A stretch of 63,272 bases of DNA, counting the filler, from Octopus bimaculoides (taxonomy: Eukaryota), in assembly GCF_001194135.2 (NCBI RefSeq). It is 4 parts of 3 records of this genome, joined end to end, with 100 filler letters (N's around TTAATTAATTAA, not from the genome) between each part and the next. Parts side by side here need not be neighbours in the genome. Positions count along the whole stretch, not along the records: positions 1 to 12,398 come from NC_068988.1; 3 more parts are not named here. One strand, given 5' to 3'. The notes under the pieces are model-generated. The model ran no database searches. It saw nothing but the letters and a program-made list of their open reading frames with translations, and had not been told where the DNA came from. The translations under genes and the position numbers were made by a program. Below, in pieces: positions 1-11,281 of the stretch. How positions within the stretch are numbered: the stretch's first letter is position 1; each line of letters opens with the position of its first letter.

Positions 1-346
1 AAAGTATGTCCGTTTCTATATTTAGGTTTATTTTTTTAATTAGTATATCCAAGAATGGGAGCTCCTTTTGGTTGTACTCCATTGTGAACTGTATGTTTGG
101 GTTGACGCTGTTCAATAGTCTTTTGAATTTCAGGAGTTTATCTGTGTTTTCATTCCATAGTATGAAACAGTCGTGTAGGAATCTTTTCCAATTTTCTTTT
201 ATGTAATGGGAAAGGGGATTTCCAAAGGTAGATAAAGATTTCTGATATATTATTACTTCCAGGCACCCCATTGTTAGGTTCGCAATGACTGGGGCTGCCC
301 TAGTGCCCATAGCAATTCCGGATTTGTGTCAGTAAAACGTATTGTC
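1..346 (-). mobile_element. Penelope-like retroelement RT fragment (pseudogenised)
   Basis: Manual minus-strand translation gives SGIAMGTRAAPVIANLTMGCLE...NWKRFLHDCFILWNE...NSVNPNIQFTMEYNQKELPFLDILI, matching PLE RT motifs (catalytic DD degraded to HD). Confidence 0.85.
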
Positions 347-347
347 A

Positions 348-966
348 AAAACGTATTGTCGATTATTGCTCAAACGCAGATGCACTCTGCATCGACAGCA
401 GATTGCATTCATAGAATGCAGAACGATACCCTTTAGTGAACATATTGAGACATGCGCAAAACAAATGCTACCACAATTTGTAATCTTTATATTCTATCAA
501 TGTGCCATTGGAACACCAACACAAATTAGATTAAATAAGGAAACCTTCTTCATTGAAAAATATAAGCCAAAACTTAACCATTTCTAACATTTTTAAATAA
601 GGAAACTCACCTCATTGAAAAAGATATAAATCAAAACCTAACCCCTTGTAACATTCTATTCCTTCTAAACCAAATTATGTTAAATTAATCAAACCTAGTC
701 ATCCCCAACGTTTTTTCTTATCTCCCTTATACCGGAAAAAATCCTTGATTACCTATCTAGAAGTCCATATTATACACCATAGCGAAGATATGATACGATA
801 TAGGTAAAGAAATTTGAGAAATTTGAAAAGAAAATACGAAACCGGTTATTTCTCCAAAAACAATGTTACTATACTCAAAATTTTATAACATTTTTCAAAC
901 ATAACGATTTAAATATATACTTTAACCATATAACACAAACCTTCTGTAGTTTTTTCGCTCTTTTTA

Positions 967-970
<4 letters not shown>
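348..970 (+). mobile_element. Penelope-like GIY-YIG endonuclease C-terminus plus 3' flank
   Basis: ORF 342-587: HRQQI..R..PFSEHIETCA..F.IF.FYQ..R..KETFFIEKYKPKLN, typical of the PLE GIY-YIG end; followed by a diverged ~50-bp tandem duplicate of the ORF end (535-645). Confidence 0.7.
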
Positions 971-997
<27 letters not shown>

Positions 998-1224
998 CAT
1001 TATTTATATTATTATTTGAACGCCCCGCATCCATTTCCAAGTCAGTTTGTCTTAATGTTTTTGATGCGACTCTATTGGTTCTCCCCTATCGTTTTCTCAC
1101 TCACCCTTTGTCTAATTCGTTTTTTCTTGTCTCCTTCGCCGTTTTCTATCTCTCTCTCTCCCCCTCTTTCTCCTTTACACTCTCTCATTGCTTACACATG
1201 ACCACCGTCCATCTTTCTTTTCCT

Positions 1225-2220
1225 CACGTGTTCATCTTTCTGGGCGGAAGCGATGCCGTGTATTTTTCAGTAGGTCATTTTCTTCTAGGAACATTATCAA
1301 CTTCTTTCTGATGATTCATTCCGTTACTTTAATTTACTGATAAGTCAGAGAGATAGGCCTGTAGTTTTCGGCCTCTGCTCTGCTTTCACCTTTGTGGATA
1401 GGACATATAGTGCCTTCTTTCAGCTTTTCTAAGAAGTTTACCACTTGCAAGGAATCTTTGGAAAAGTATCTGAAGTGGTTTCGCTAAAGCCTGCTTACAT
1501 GACTTTAAGAAAATAGCTGGGAATCCATCAGGACCAGTTGCGGAGTTTGAGCTCATTTTATCTATGGTCGCTGTTACATATGTCTCCTCAATGTTGATGT
1601 AATCGATGGTCAACGACTCCTTTTTTAGAGTTGCAATATCAAAGAATTCAGCCGGATTTTTTATATGCATGTGCTGAAGAGGGGAGTGAAGACATTTTTA
1701 AATTGTTCACTGAGTATCTCACTTATCCTTCCTGGGTCTGCTGTCAGTGAGTCGTTCCCTTCGAACAATGATCTCATTTTATATTGTATTGGGACTGTTT
1801 CCTTTGCGAATTTATAGAAAGCGTTGGTATTTGTTTTTATGCTTTCCACAGCTCTCTTCTGTCTCTCTGCTCTTTCCTTTTGTGAGAGAGTTCAACCTTG
1901 TTTTCGATTTCTATGAGTGTCCGTATTAAGATAGACTTCTTCCTATCATCCAGTTGCCTATTCAGCCGCTTTGAGACCTTTGACGTGCGTCCCATAAGGA
2001 TTTTTCTGTCCCCAAGAATCTTGTTTGTCAGTATGCTGGCCTTTCATTCTGGAGTATATTTAGTGCTTATAGCTTGCACTGTTAACATAAAGTATCTGAG
2101 TTTCAGTCAATGTCTTGCATACATAGAACGTTGGACCAATTTCGTTTGTGGAATTCTTTGCGAACTGATTCCCATTTGGCCTTATGGAAATTCAGATGGG
2201 ATAAGGCTTCAGACCTCCTG
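1225..2220 (-). mobile_element. CR1/L2-type LINE ORF2 fragment (tether and RT N-terminus), frameshifted
   Basis: IKTNTNAFYKFAK...EILSEQFKNVF; IDKMSSNSATGPDGFPAIFLKSCKQALAKPLQILFQRFLASG; ENYRPISLT; FLEENDLL..RHRFR. Clade assignment is approximate. Confidence 0.8.
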
Positions 2221-2249
2221 ATAGGGTAGATACCAACAGTTTGCGCAGG

Positions 2250-2390
2250 ACCATATATAGTTTCTCTCCTTATTTCTTTCTGTGTTCCTTTCAGTTGAAG
2301 AGCGTAGCTCGAAACGTTAAAGACTTTCTCTATTCCCGAGCGTTAAACTAATACATCCATTTGTTGTTTACACCACCTGTCTTCGTCAGG
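2250..2390 (+). mobile_element. PLE-associated terminal-repeat (pseudo-LTR) fragment
   Basis: Alignable by eye with the reverse complements of 45745-45880 and 50560-50680; the 45.8-kb copy adjoins a PLE RT fragment. Confidence 0.6.
2288..2322 (+). ncRNA. Degenerate minimal type I hammerhead ribozyme motif
   Basis: CTTT-CAGTTGA-A-GAGC/GTA/GCTC-GAAACGT-T-AAAG; same architecture as 50635-50672, but core U4 is mutated to A. Confidence 0.4.
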
Positions 2391-2392
2391 AT

Positions 2393-2872
2393 ACTCTTTT
2401 ACTCATTTTACTCATTTACTTTTTTCAGTCATTTGACTGCGGCCATGCTGGAGCACCNNNNNNNNNNNNNNNNNNNNNNNNNNNNNNNNNNNNNNNNNNN
2501 NNNNNNNNNNNNNNNNNNNNNNNNNNNNNNNNNNNNNNNNNNNNNNNNNNNNNNNNNNNNNNNNNNNNNNNNNNNNNNNNNNNNNNNNNNNNNNNNNNNN
2601 NNNNNNNNNNNNNNNNNNNNNNNNNNNNNNNNNNNNNNNNNNNNNNNNNNNNNNNNNNNNNNNNNNNNNNNNNNNNNNNNNNNNNNNNNNNNNNNNNNNN
2701 NNNNNNNNNNNNNNNNNNNNNNNNNNNNNNNNNNNNNNNNNNNNNNNNNNNNNNNNNNNNNNNNNNNNNNNNNNNNNNNNNNNNNNNNNNNNNNNNNNNN
2801 NNNNNNNNNNNNNNNNNNNNNNNNNNNNNNNNNNNNNNNNNNNNNNNNNNNNNNNNNNNNNNNNNNNNATAT

Positions 2873-2905
<33 letters not shown>

Positions 2906-3068
2906 CGACAGGCTTCTTTTAGTGTCCGTCTACCAAATCCACTCACAAGGCTTTGGTCGGCCCGAGGATATAGTAGAAGACACTTGCCCAAGGTGCCACG
3001 CAGTGGGACTGAACCCGGGACCATGTGATTGGTAAGCAAGCTACTTACCACACAGCCACTCCTGCGCC
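2393..3068 (-). mobile_element. tRNA-derived SINE, family S1 (octopus-type), spanning an N gap
   Basis: Head GGCGCAGGAGTGGCTGTGTGG...GGGTTCAGTCCC (A/B boxes) and tail ...ATGACTGAAA..GTAAAAGAGTA, shared with copies at 30.2, 38.4 and 39.6 kb. Confidence 0.85.
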
Positions 3069-3407
3069 TATAGTTCAATTAATTATTACAATATCAGGAT
3101 ATACAGTAAATTGTTGTCATAAAATGGTACTCCCAGCATTGGATAATCCACAAAGGTGGATTACCATCATCAGCCTATGTCTACAACAAAATTGTGTTAA
3201 TTGTGAAAGACAAATTTTTAAAATTGAATCGCAACGCAGAAATTAAAGGGGAGCAACTCATGTCAAATTGAAAATAACGAAAATAAATATAGAAGGGAAG
3301 TAACTTTTATATCTGTATTGTGTGCAAAATATATGTGTGTGTGCGTGTGTATTACGAGAGACAAATCGATAAAGCCTTTAAGTATTATCTTGTGGGGGGG
3401 GGGGGGT

Positions 3408-4465
3408 GATATGTGGACAAGTTCTAAAGAGCTCAGACCTTGAATTTAAGCATGTATTTGGATCTAATGAACTCTTTCAGATAAGCCATCTCTCCATTTC
3501 ACACAGATCGCATCTACTACTACCATTAGAATAAGGTTTGCATTTTGCTAATATCTTCCAGCTAATGCTGTAGTTAACCCTTTACTCTTTTAAAGACCAA
3601 ATATTACTGGGTAATTTAGTTGCCTTACGTTTATTCCAGTCTCTGAAGCTAACTGTGTGATTACGAAATCTTGCCTTGAAATTTCCCTCAGTAAGACCCA
3701 CATATTTTTCAGTTACAGCTGCATTGCTAGTGCTGATAAAACTCACAGTAGCTTCATAAACGATAGCCTCACTCAAACAGGCACCATTCATCGGGCACTG
3801 GTTTTTATGTCTGCAAGAACAGCCGGCTTCACTATGTAAATATATTCTTGAAATTAGGTGTCAAACTAGAACTAATTTTTAGATTATACCTATTAAAGAG
3901 TTTTCTAAATTCATGATGGCTTGGGAAATGCCTATCTATAAGTGATAGGAAGTATTTACCTATGTTAAAATTCATTTCCGGAGAGTAAGGAGGTGCAAAC
4001 CAGATTGTTTTCCTGTTTTTATTTTTCCTGTTCTTTATATCCGACCTAACATTGGGAGTGTATACTAATTCTTCATTAAAACCACTAGCTTTAAGAACAC
4101 CATTAAAGATGTTTATATTAGATGAAAGGTTAAAAATTCTTCTACTGACATTCTTAACTAAATTCTTTAAAGTTATGGGTGGGTGACAAGAACCTAGATT
4201 GATATAACTAATTTTATCATTAGCTTCCTATAGGATTTATAGGTATTCTCCTGTATTTAGGGTTAGCTCGAAAGTTATTTTTATGGTCTTTAATCGTTAT
4301 AAAAGCTTCTTTTTTTGGAAAGGACTCAATTTTTTAATGCAATTTATAACTGGCAGCGAGGACACAAGCTTCTTTGTTGATGTTATCATAAACCTGCGGT
4401 CTAGCCTTAGCATAACTGCTAGTTACATTGTTATGTCAAAGTTGCGAATATGTACTATCATTTAC
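3408..4465 (-). mobile_element. Internally deleted Penelope-like element (RT N-terminus joined to thumb/linker and GIY-YIG)
   Basis: EAFITIKDHKNNF; KPNDKISYINLGSCHPP; IWFAPPYS..NIGKYFLSLIDRHFP; CSCRHKNQCPMNGACL..IVYEATV..KYVGLTEGNFKARFRNHTVSFR; ISWKILAKCKPYSNGSSRCDLCEMER..LNSRSELFRTCPH. Confidence 0.9.
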
Positions 4466-4504
4466 AAGGTAAATGTGGGAAAATTTACCTGACATAGGTT
4501 AAAT

Positions 4505-5385
4505 AGTCTGATCAGACCTGGTAAACGAGAGAGCTGCATCAGGCCCCAGTTGTGTGTTCTGGTTTGGTTTCTACAGTTGGATGCCCTTCCTAACACCAAC
4601 CACTTTACAAAGTGTACCAAGTGCTTTTGTGTATCACCGTACAAATGTTTTTTTACATGTCACTGGTGCAGGTGCCTTCATAGATGTAAGCACAAGTGCC
4701 TTCTACGTGTCACTGGCATGGGTGCCTTTTATGTGTCACCGGCATGAGTGTTTTTTATGTGGACTGGCACAAGTGGGATTCCCAAGTAACTTGCAAGACA
4801 AAGACCTCTTGCTTGAGAGAGGTAGTGGAGCCAAAGGGAGTGGCTGTGTGCCAGATGAGAGGTAGGAGTATGATAGAGAGATATAGATAGCCGTTTTACT
4901 ATAGAGGAATTACCTGGCTACCCTAGTAAGACAAGGGAGACTTGGAAGGGAATTAGAAGGACAGTCAGAGTGAGAGAGGGGGAGAGAAATAGATGGTGTG
5001 GGCATTATTGAGGTCTACCCACAGGGAAGAGTGGCTAGTGTAAGTAGTACAGAGGGGATAGAGAAGGACGTTCCATGAGAGTGTGTAGGAAATTGGAGTG
5101 GCTGGGAAGTTATGTGAGGGCATGTGGAGTGTGTGGATAGATACATGAGAGAGTGGAGGGGCATGAAGCATGAGAGAGTAGAGGGGAAGGGTTTGCTGGG
5201 AGTTTTGACGGACGTGAGGTAATGTATGTGTGAGAGTGAGTTTGAGGTGGGACATAGCCAAAAAGGACATGCTTGTATGTGTGGAAGGCCAACGAGTCTT
5301 CCCAAGCGCAGCAAATCAGCAGAAGCCTTGATCCCTTCTGTGAAGCTCAACAACTGAAGATCGTATTTCACCACCTACCTCGCCC
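4505..5385 (-). mobile_element. Non-autonomous RTE-related element (LINE 3'UTR with ~24-bp tandem units)
   Basis: 4560-4600 is the reverse complement of GTGGTTGGYGTTAGGAAGGGCATCCA.CTGTAGAAAC, which follows the RTE ORF at 43155-43200; tandem units at 4621-4778; homologous to 39220-39590. Confidence 0.65.
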
Positions 5386-6884
5386 CATATCTTCCTGGGT
5401 CTAACTGCTAAGTTGGTGTTTTTATCCCCCCTATAACAAATGAACAGTGTCAATGAAGACCTCAATACTTTCAGGAATGTAACTCGCAGAAAACATTAGC
5501 ACATAGAAATCATGAAACACCGCAACAGCACCTGGTCAGGCAGGAAGTTCAATGAGCAAGACAAGCAGACGCCAGATCCTGGCCATACTTACATGAAGAC
5601 AAAGTATCTTTATCTATGATCCTAGATATAAGAATGTTTGAAAAAATAGTTTCAGCTGGTACTATGATAAAAATTGTTGACAAGTGCTTAGCCAAAAAAT
5701 AGACACAAGAAATAAATTCAGCATACTGTTCCAAGGGAAAAATTCATCTTCCCGTCATTGTTGATCTATCAGAGCCCCTAAAAACAGCTTCTTGTTGCTG
5801 TTACTAAGGAATCCATATATTTTTTAGACACCAGAAAATATAACCAATTTTCAAATGACTTGCTTCAGAGTCAAAATCATTAAGAAAAGAGAAATTTATA
5901 CCAATTTTTAAAGTAAAAGGGTAAATCTACCACTAGATTGGTTCAATTTAGGCTCTCTCCAGTCACAGTTTCTGCAGTCGTACTTTGTTAACGACTTAAA
6001 GAGACAAGCTCATAATAGAAACATTATCTTCCTAGGTACACGGCACAAGTATATACTATAACACGTGCGGTGACATATCGGGTTATCAACTAAAACTGAC
6101 TGTGGATTTGTCGTGGCAGTCAACAAATCTAACTGTTTACTGTAGTAAATATAAATATCACTAATTATAAAGCTCAGGTTAATTATATGCATATATCCAT
6201 ACATATATGTACATACCGACATCTATATGTATACATACAAGCATATATGGGTACAGGGCATCACAAAAAACGTTAAACACAATGAGAAACGAACATAAAA
6301 TCGAAGACAGAATGCGAACTTTTTTTCGAACAACGAAAAAAACAAACAGAGAAACGAGACATGCAACATAAAGAATATTGCCCTTCTTCAGTTGTCCCTG
6401 CTCCATCTACTCCGCATTTCGAAGGCAAGGACAATACGCGACTTCGTTGGAGCAGTCCTTCCCGCAAGCAAATTAATTAAAATTTGGAAATTTTTGCGGA
6501 AGGTGAAAGTGTAAGCAAGATCAGGACAGTGAGAACAAGACAGTAAAAACAAGACAGAACAGTGAGAACAAACGGTAAGGGCTGTTAGGCTAAGATGACA
6601 AAAATTATTTTGAATGCTAGTTAGAGAGTGAAAAAACTTGCGTCTTCTCTATAGGAAGGCCGGAAATAGAAAGAAAGAATCCCTTTCGTGACGTGTCAGC
6701 GACGAGAGGGTCAAGGAGGAGGAGTGAGAGAGGGAACGGTGAAAGGATCGGGGAGGTTTGAGAGAGAAAAACAGAAAAGATGGAGAATAAGAGAGGGAGA
6801 GAGATAAAAAACAGGGAAGTGACAGCAATAGTAGTAGAATGCGCAGTAGAAAATATAAAATAAAACTTACTTGGATGCAATGCG

Positions 6885-6920
<36 letters not shown>

Positions 6921-7410
6921 TAAGGAGGGTATTGGATTTAACCAAACCCAAAGATACAGGTAATACCGNNNNNNNNNNNNNNNNNNNNNNNNNNNNNNNN
7001 NNNNNNNNNNNNNNNNNNNNNNNNNNNNNNNNNNNNNNNNNNNNNNNNNNNNNNNNNNNNNNNNNNNNNNNNNNNNNNNNNNNNNNNNNNNNNNNNNNNN
7101 NNNNNNNNNNNNNNNNNNNNNNNNNNNNNNNNNNNNNNNNNNNNNNNNNNNNNNNNNNNNNNNNNNNNNNNNNNNNNNNNNNNNNNNNNNNNNNNNNNNN
7201 NNNNNNNNNNNNNNNNNNNNNNNNNNNNNNNNNNNNNNNNNNNNNNNNNNNNNNNNNNNNNNNNNNNNNNNNNNNNNNNNNNNNNNNNNNNNNNNNNNNN
7301 NNNNNNNNNNNNNNNNNNNNNNNNNNNNNNNNNNNNNNNNNNNNNNNNNNNNNNNNNAAGGTAAAATGAAGCTGGTACTGAACTATCAGAAAGGAATGAG
7401 TGTTCTAAGG

Positions 7411-7458
7411 CGGGGTCACCAATTTTGTAAACGACCGTGGGAAGGTCGGGGGTCACCA
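7411..7458 (-). promoter_or_regulatory. Primer-binding site complementary to the tRNA-Trp 3' end, two tandem copies
   Basis: Minus strand reads TTTACA-AA-TTGGTGACCCCCGA and TTTACA-AAA-TTGGTGACCCCG; TGGTGACCCCGA is the standard tRNA-Trp PBS. Confidence 0.65.
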
Positions 7459-7461
7459 ATT

Positions 7462-8444
7462 TGTAAAATGCCCGTGCGAAGAGAGGTGACTAGAATGGCT
7501 CCTTAGTACATCACACGGTCGATACAATAAATATGAAAAGAATAAATGTGTATAAGTGCCAGAAAGAAAAGAGAGACACAACCGAGTAGAATGTTTAAGA
7601 GAAGATTTTATTGATAGGTTAACATGTGTATCTGTGGTGAGTCATGTATACATAATAATAGACAGGCCGTCATGAGAACAAAGTGTGTGTGTGTGTGTGC
7701 GTCTAGGCATGGATGTATGCATGTGCGTTAAGTACAGAGCATTGAAAGAGTCTATATAATATGAAGTTAGAAGAATGTTCAGACACAAGGATGATAAATA
7801 CCAGTTCGTTGTCAATGTACACCATAGCTGAAATGTTGTATCAAGAAGTTGTGGCTGTAATGCAGAGCCGGTTGAGGTACATGTCGTACAAGAAGTCGTG
7901 GCTATGATGCTGCTGCCGGTCACTTGTTACAGTTCTCGCAGGTTGTATTTGCTGTTAACCACTGTGAAGTAATTCACAAACAGTGTTGTGTTGGAACCCG
8001 TGCGAGTGTTGCTGGTTGCTGTGTACGTAGAGAGATGATGCTGACGTTTAGACGAATGGTGGCCACCAGAGATGGAGGTCCTCGAATGCTGCTGGGCGAA
8101 GTTGATGAATCTCCATGTGACTGCTGTTGTGTTGTCGCTGGAAATGGCTGTGTCCTGTGTGGTCAGTGGCTAGACCTTAAAAGGTCTGGAACCGAAAGAC
8201 CTCGAGACGGTGTGAAGCTAGAGTTTTATAGTGAGCAATCGGCTCAAACAGAGGTTTAAAAGAGTCTGTCTCACGTGACTTTATTTGAAGGCTGCGATTG
8301 GTTGGGTTGCATATTGGCGCGCAATAGAGCAAGAGACAAATTGCGCCAATACCAACCAATAAGAGTTGTGGACACAACAGGGTCCAAAAGGGCGGCCGAA
8401 GGCTAGCTGTTATCTACTACATCCGTGTTTATGTATATATAACA
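7462..8444 (-). mobile_element. Probable LTR of an LTR retrotransposon
   Basis: Ends in ACA immediately before the PBS; minus-strand AATAAA near 7610; a TGT start is possible at 8444 but this boundary is uncertain and no PPT was seen. Confidence 0.45.
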
Positions 8445-8469
8445 GAGAGAGAGAGGGGAATTTCCCTCG

Positions 8470-8712
8470 TCGTCGGATGTGTCCAATTTGGCTAGGACAT
8501 GAATTCTTATATCATCATACCTTGGTGACGTCAGGCCAGATACAAAAATTAAATTCTTAAATTGGTTATCTGCCATTGTCTGTCTTTTAAATTTTTCGCA
8601 TTCTTTGTTTATACGTCCAGCATATGCAATAAAATCTTCTTCGGGACGTTTTTCTAATTTTAAACTACTGTTAAATACTGATGATGTCTCACCAAATATG
8701 TCTGTTCTGGCA
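8470..8712 (-). mobile_element. Ty3/gypsy-type gag-like fragment
   Basis: IFGETSSVFN..LKLEKRPEEDFIAYAGRINKECEKFK..MADNQFKNLIFVSGLTSPRYDDIRIHVLAKLD resembles the N-terminal region of invertebrate gypsy polyproteins (recalled similarity). Confidence 0.6.
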
Positions 8713-11244
8713 GGGAAGACGAGACACACCGCTGTGGAGTAGCTTTTTTCATGTCCAAAGCTGCTGAATCGGCACTCATGGAATGGAAACTGGTGAATGA
8801 GAGAATCATCACAGCCAGATTTTATTCCAAACTCATTAAACTAACAGTCATCCACGTATATGCATCTACAACGGATGCAAAGGATGAGGTGAAAGACACC
8901 TTCTATGAACAGTTGCAAACTGTAGTCGAGATGCACAAAGATGATATGGTTATAATAGCTGGAGATATGAATGCCAAGGTTGGAGCAAATAATAAGGGGA
9001 ATGAGAGAATGATGGGTAAACATGGAACAGGAATCATCAACAATAATGGCGAAAGGCTTGTAGAATTCTGCGGGATGAATGATCTCGTCATTACTGGAAC
9101 TATATTCCCACACAAGTATATTCACAAAAACACCTGGACCTCTCCAGATAAAAGAACAACAAATCAAATTGATCACACACTCGTCAAATGTAAATACCGC
9201 TCATCAATAAAAAAACACCCGGGTCATGAGAGGCGCTGATGTTGCAAGTGATCATCAGCTTGTAAGGTCAGAAATTAAGTTGTAAGGTCAGAAATTAAAT
9301 GAAAACTACAAAATCAAACAAGCAAAAGCAAGTTCATTATGGAACTGAAGAATAAATTTTCTTTGCTTGAGGCGATTCCTGAAGATATTGACATAGAAGG
9401 GAAATGGAAAAACTTCGATAAAGTATTCAACCAGACAGCCAAAGAAGTATTTGGTGTAAAGAAAAAGAATCAAAAACCGTGGATAGGACCGGACTCTTGG
9501 AAAAAGGTTGAAGAGAGAAAACACCTCAAAATTAAAATTGAAAATGCCATGTCTATTAGAATTAAACAGAAGATGCAAATGGAATACAAAGCTAAAGACA
9601 GAATTGTCAAATCAAGTATAAGATCAGACAAGCGTAAATGTGTAGTGAACTTGGCAAACGATGCTGAAAGAACAGCTAAGAATGATCAAATGAAAACACT
9701 GTATTATATAACCAGAACAATACGTAATGAAAAACCACATTAAGCATCAGGTGGTATTAAGAATAAGTAGGGTAAAATCATAACAGATGACAAGATGGAA
9801 AGAGCGTTTTGAAGAAATATTAAATAGAGACACCAATCCAGTGGAAATTGAGAATATTTATTTCTTTATTGCCCACAAGGGGCTCAAACAAGAACTGACA
9901 AGGGGATTAAGTCGATTATAATATTAATATTGTAATACCAGAGGTGGAGACCACTGACATCAGCCCTGCAAACAAAACAGAAATCAAGAATGTAATCAGA
10001 AAATTAAAAATGGAAAGGCAGGAGGAGTTGACATGATAACACCAGAGTCATTGAAAGTGGACATTGAAACATCCACAGAGAAACTGCACAGTATCATAAA
10101 TGATATTTGCGATCAAGCGAAAATACCTCATGACTGGAAGAAAAGGCTGATTGTTACCAAAGAAGGGAGATCTATCAGAATGTGGAAACTGGAGGGGAAT
10201 AACACTTCTACCTATAACAAGTAAAGTGCGAGAAAGAATCATAATTAACAGGATTCAAAACGGTATTGATAAGAAGCTCAGACCTGAACAAGCAGGCTTC
10301 CGCGAAGGTAAAAATACCACCGAACAAATATTCATCTTGAGAAACAGTATTGAACAGTGCTTAGAATGGCAACCTTCTTTGTATATAAACTTCATCGATT
10401 TCGAAAACGCTTTCGATTTAGTTCATAGGGACAGTTTATGGGAGATCATGAGGCAGCATGACATACCAAACAAAATTATCAACATAGTCAAATTAATGTA
10501 CAAAGATGGTGAATGTGCAGTAGTGGACGATAGTGAAATGGTTCCAAGTAAAGACAGGCGTAAAACAAGGCTGCGTTACGTCTGGATTCTTATTTCTACT
10601 TGTCATAGACTGGGGGATGTGGAAGACCACAATGAGTAACATTGGGATAAGATGGCGAATGACGTCATGCCTTGAAGACCTGGACTATGCTGAAGGTGGT
10701 GAAGGGAAAGATATGATGAGCAGAATCAACAGAGCCAGAAGTGCTTTTATCAAATTGGACAAAGTATGGTGATCAAAACAATTTGGAAGTGATACAAAAA
10801 TTAAACTCCACAAAACGCTGGTAAGATCTGTACTTCTTTATGGCTGTGAAACTGGGAAAATGAACAATAGTGATGAGAGAAAACTGGATTCTTTTCAGTA
10901 CAAAAGCCTGAAGGAAATAATGCAGAAAGGGTGGCGAAACCTCATATCTGGATGAACTCAACAAAATAACCCAAGTCCCCAGAATAAGCCCAGAAGTAAA
11001 AAGGAAAAGATGAAATTGGATTGGACACGTATTGAGAAAGGAACTCTATTATCATTGCATGATTGCCTTGACTTGACAACCTGAGGGGAAGAGAAAAGTT
11101 GGTAGATCAATGACCACATGAAGAACGACAGTGGAAAAGAAAAGGAATCAAGCTGGATGGTCATTAGAGAATGCGGCAAGAAAACTTGCAAAACAGAGGG
11201 ATAAATGGAAAACGAGCGTGGAAGCCTTATGTGGCACGAAGAGC

Positions 11245-11246
<2 letters not shown>
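8713..11246 (+). mobile_element. RTE-clade LINE, 5'-truncated, pseudogenised (AP endonuclease + RT)
   Basis: EN: IITARF..LTVIHVYASTT..KDTFYEQLQ..IIAGDMNAKVG..NGERLVEFC..TWTSPD..NQIDH. RT: CGNWRGITLLP..QAGFR..YINFIDFENAFDLVHR..GVKQGC..LEDLDYA. Many frameshifts; ends at a (AGAT)n tract. Confidence 0.95.
9856..9919 (-). mobile_element. Short SINE (family S3) 3'-end fragment inserted in the RTE LINE
   Basis: ATTTATTTCTTTATTGCCCACAAGGGG...GGATTAAGTCGATTA interrupts the LINE reading frame; the AGTCGATTA segment recurs at 48724. Family assignment partly from memory. Confidence 0.5.

Positions 11247-11281
<35 letters not shown>
11247..11281. repeat. (AGAT)n microsatellite
   Basis: Directly visible. 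Confidence 0.95.

Noticed and set aside
782-847. GCGAAGA...CGAAACCGGTT hammerhead-like remnant behind the first GIY-YIG
   Set aside because: Core has two mismatches and stem II is not convincing; at most a decayed relic.
6370-6460. Minus-strand CTGAAGAAGGG and CAACGAAG..CTTCGAAATGCG motifs in a probable dispersed repeat (6250-6850)
   Set aside because: The two half-cores are not in a valid hammerhead arrangement; the repeat itself could not be classified from this window.
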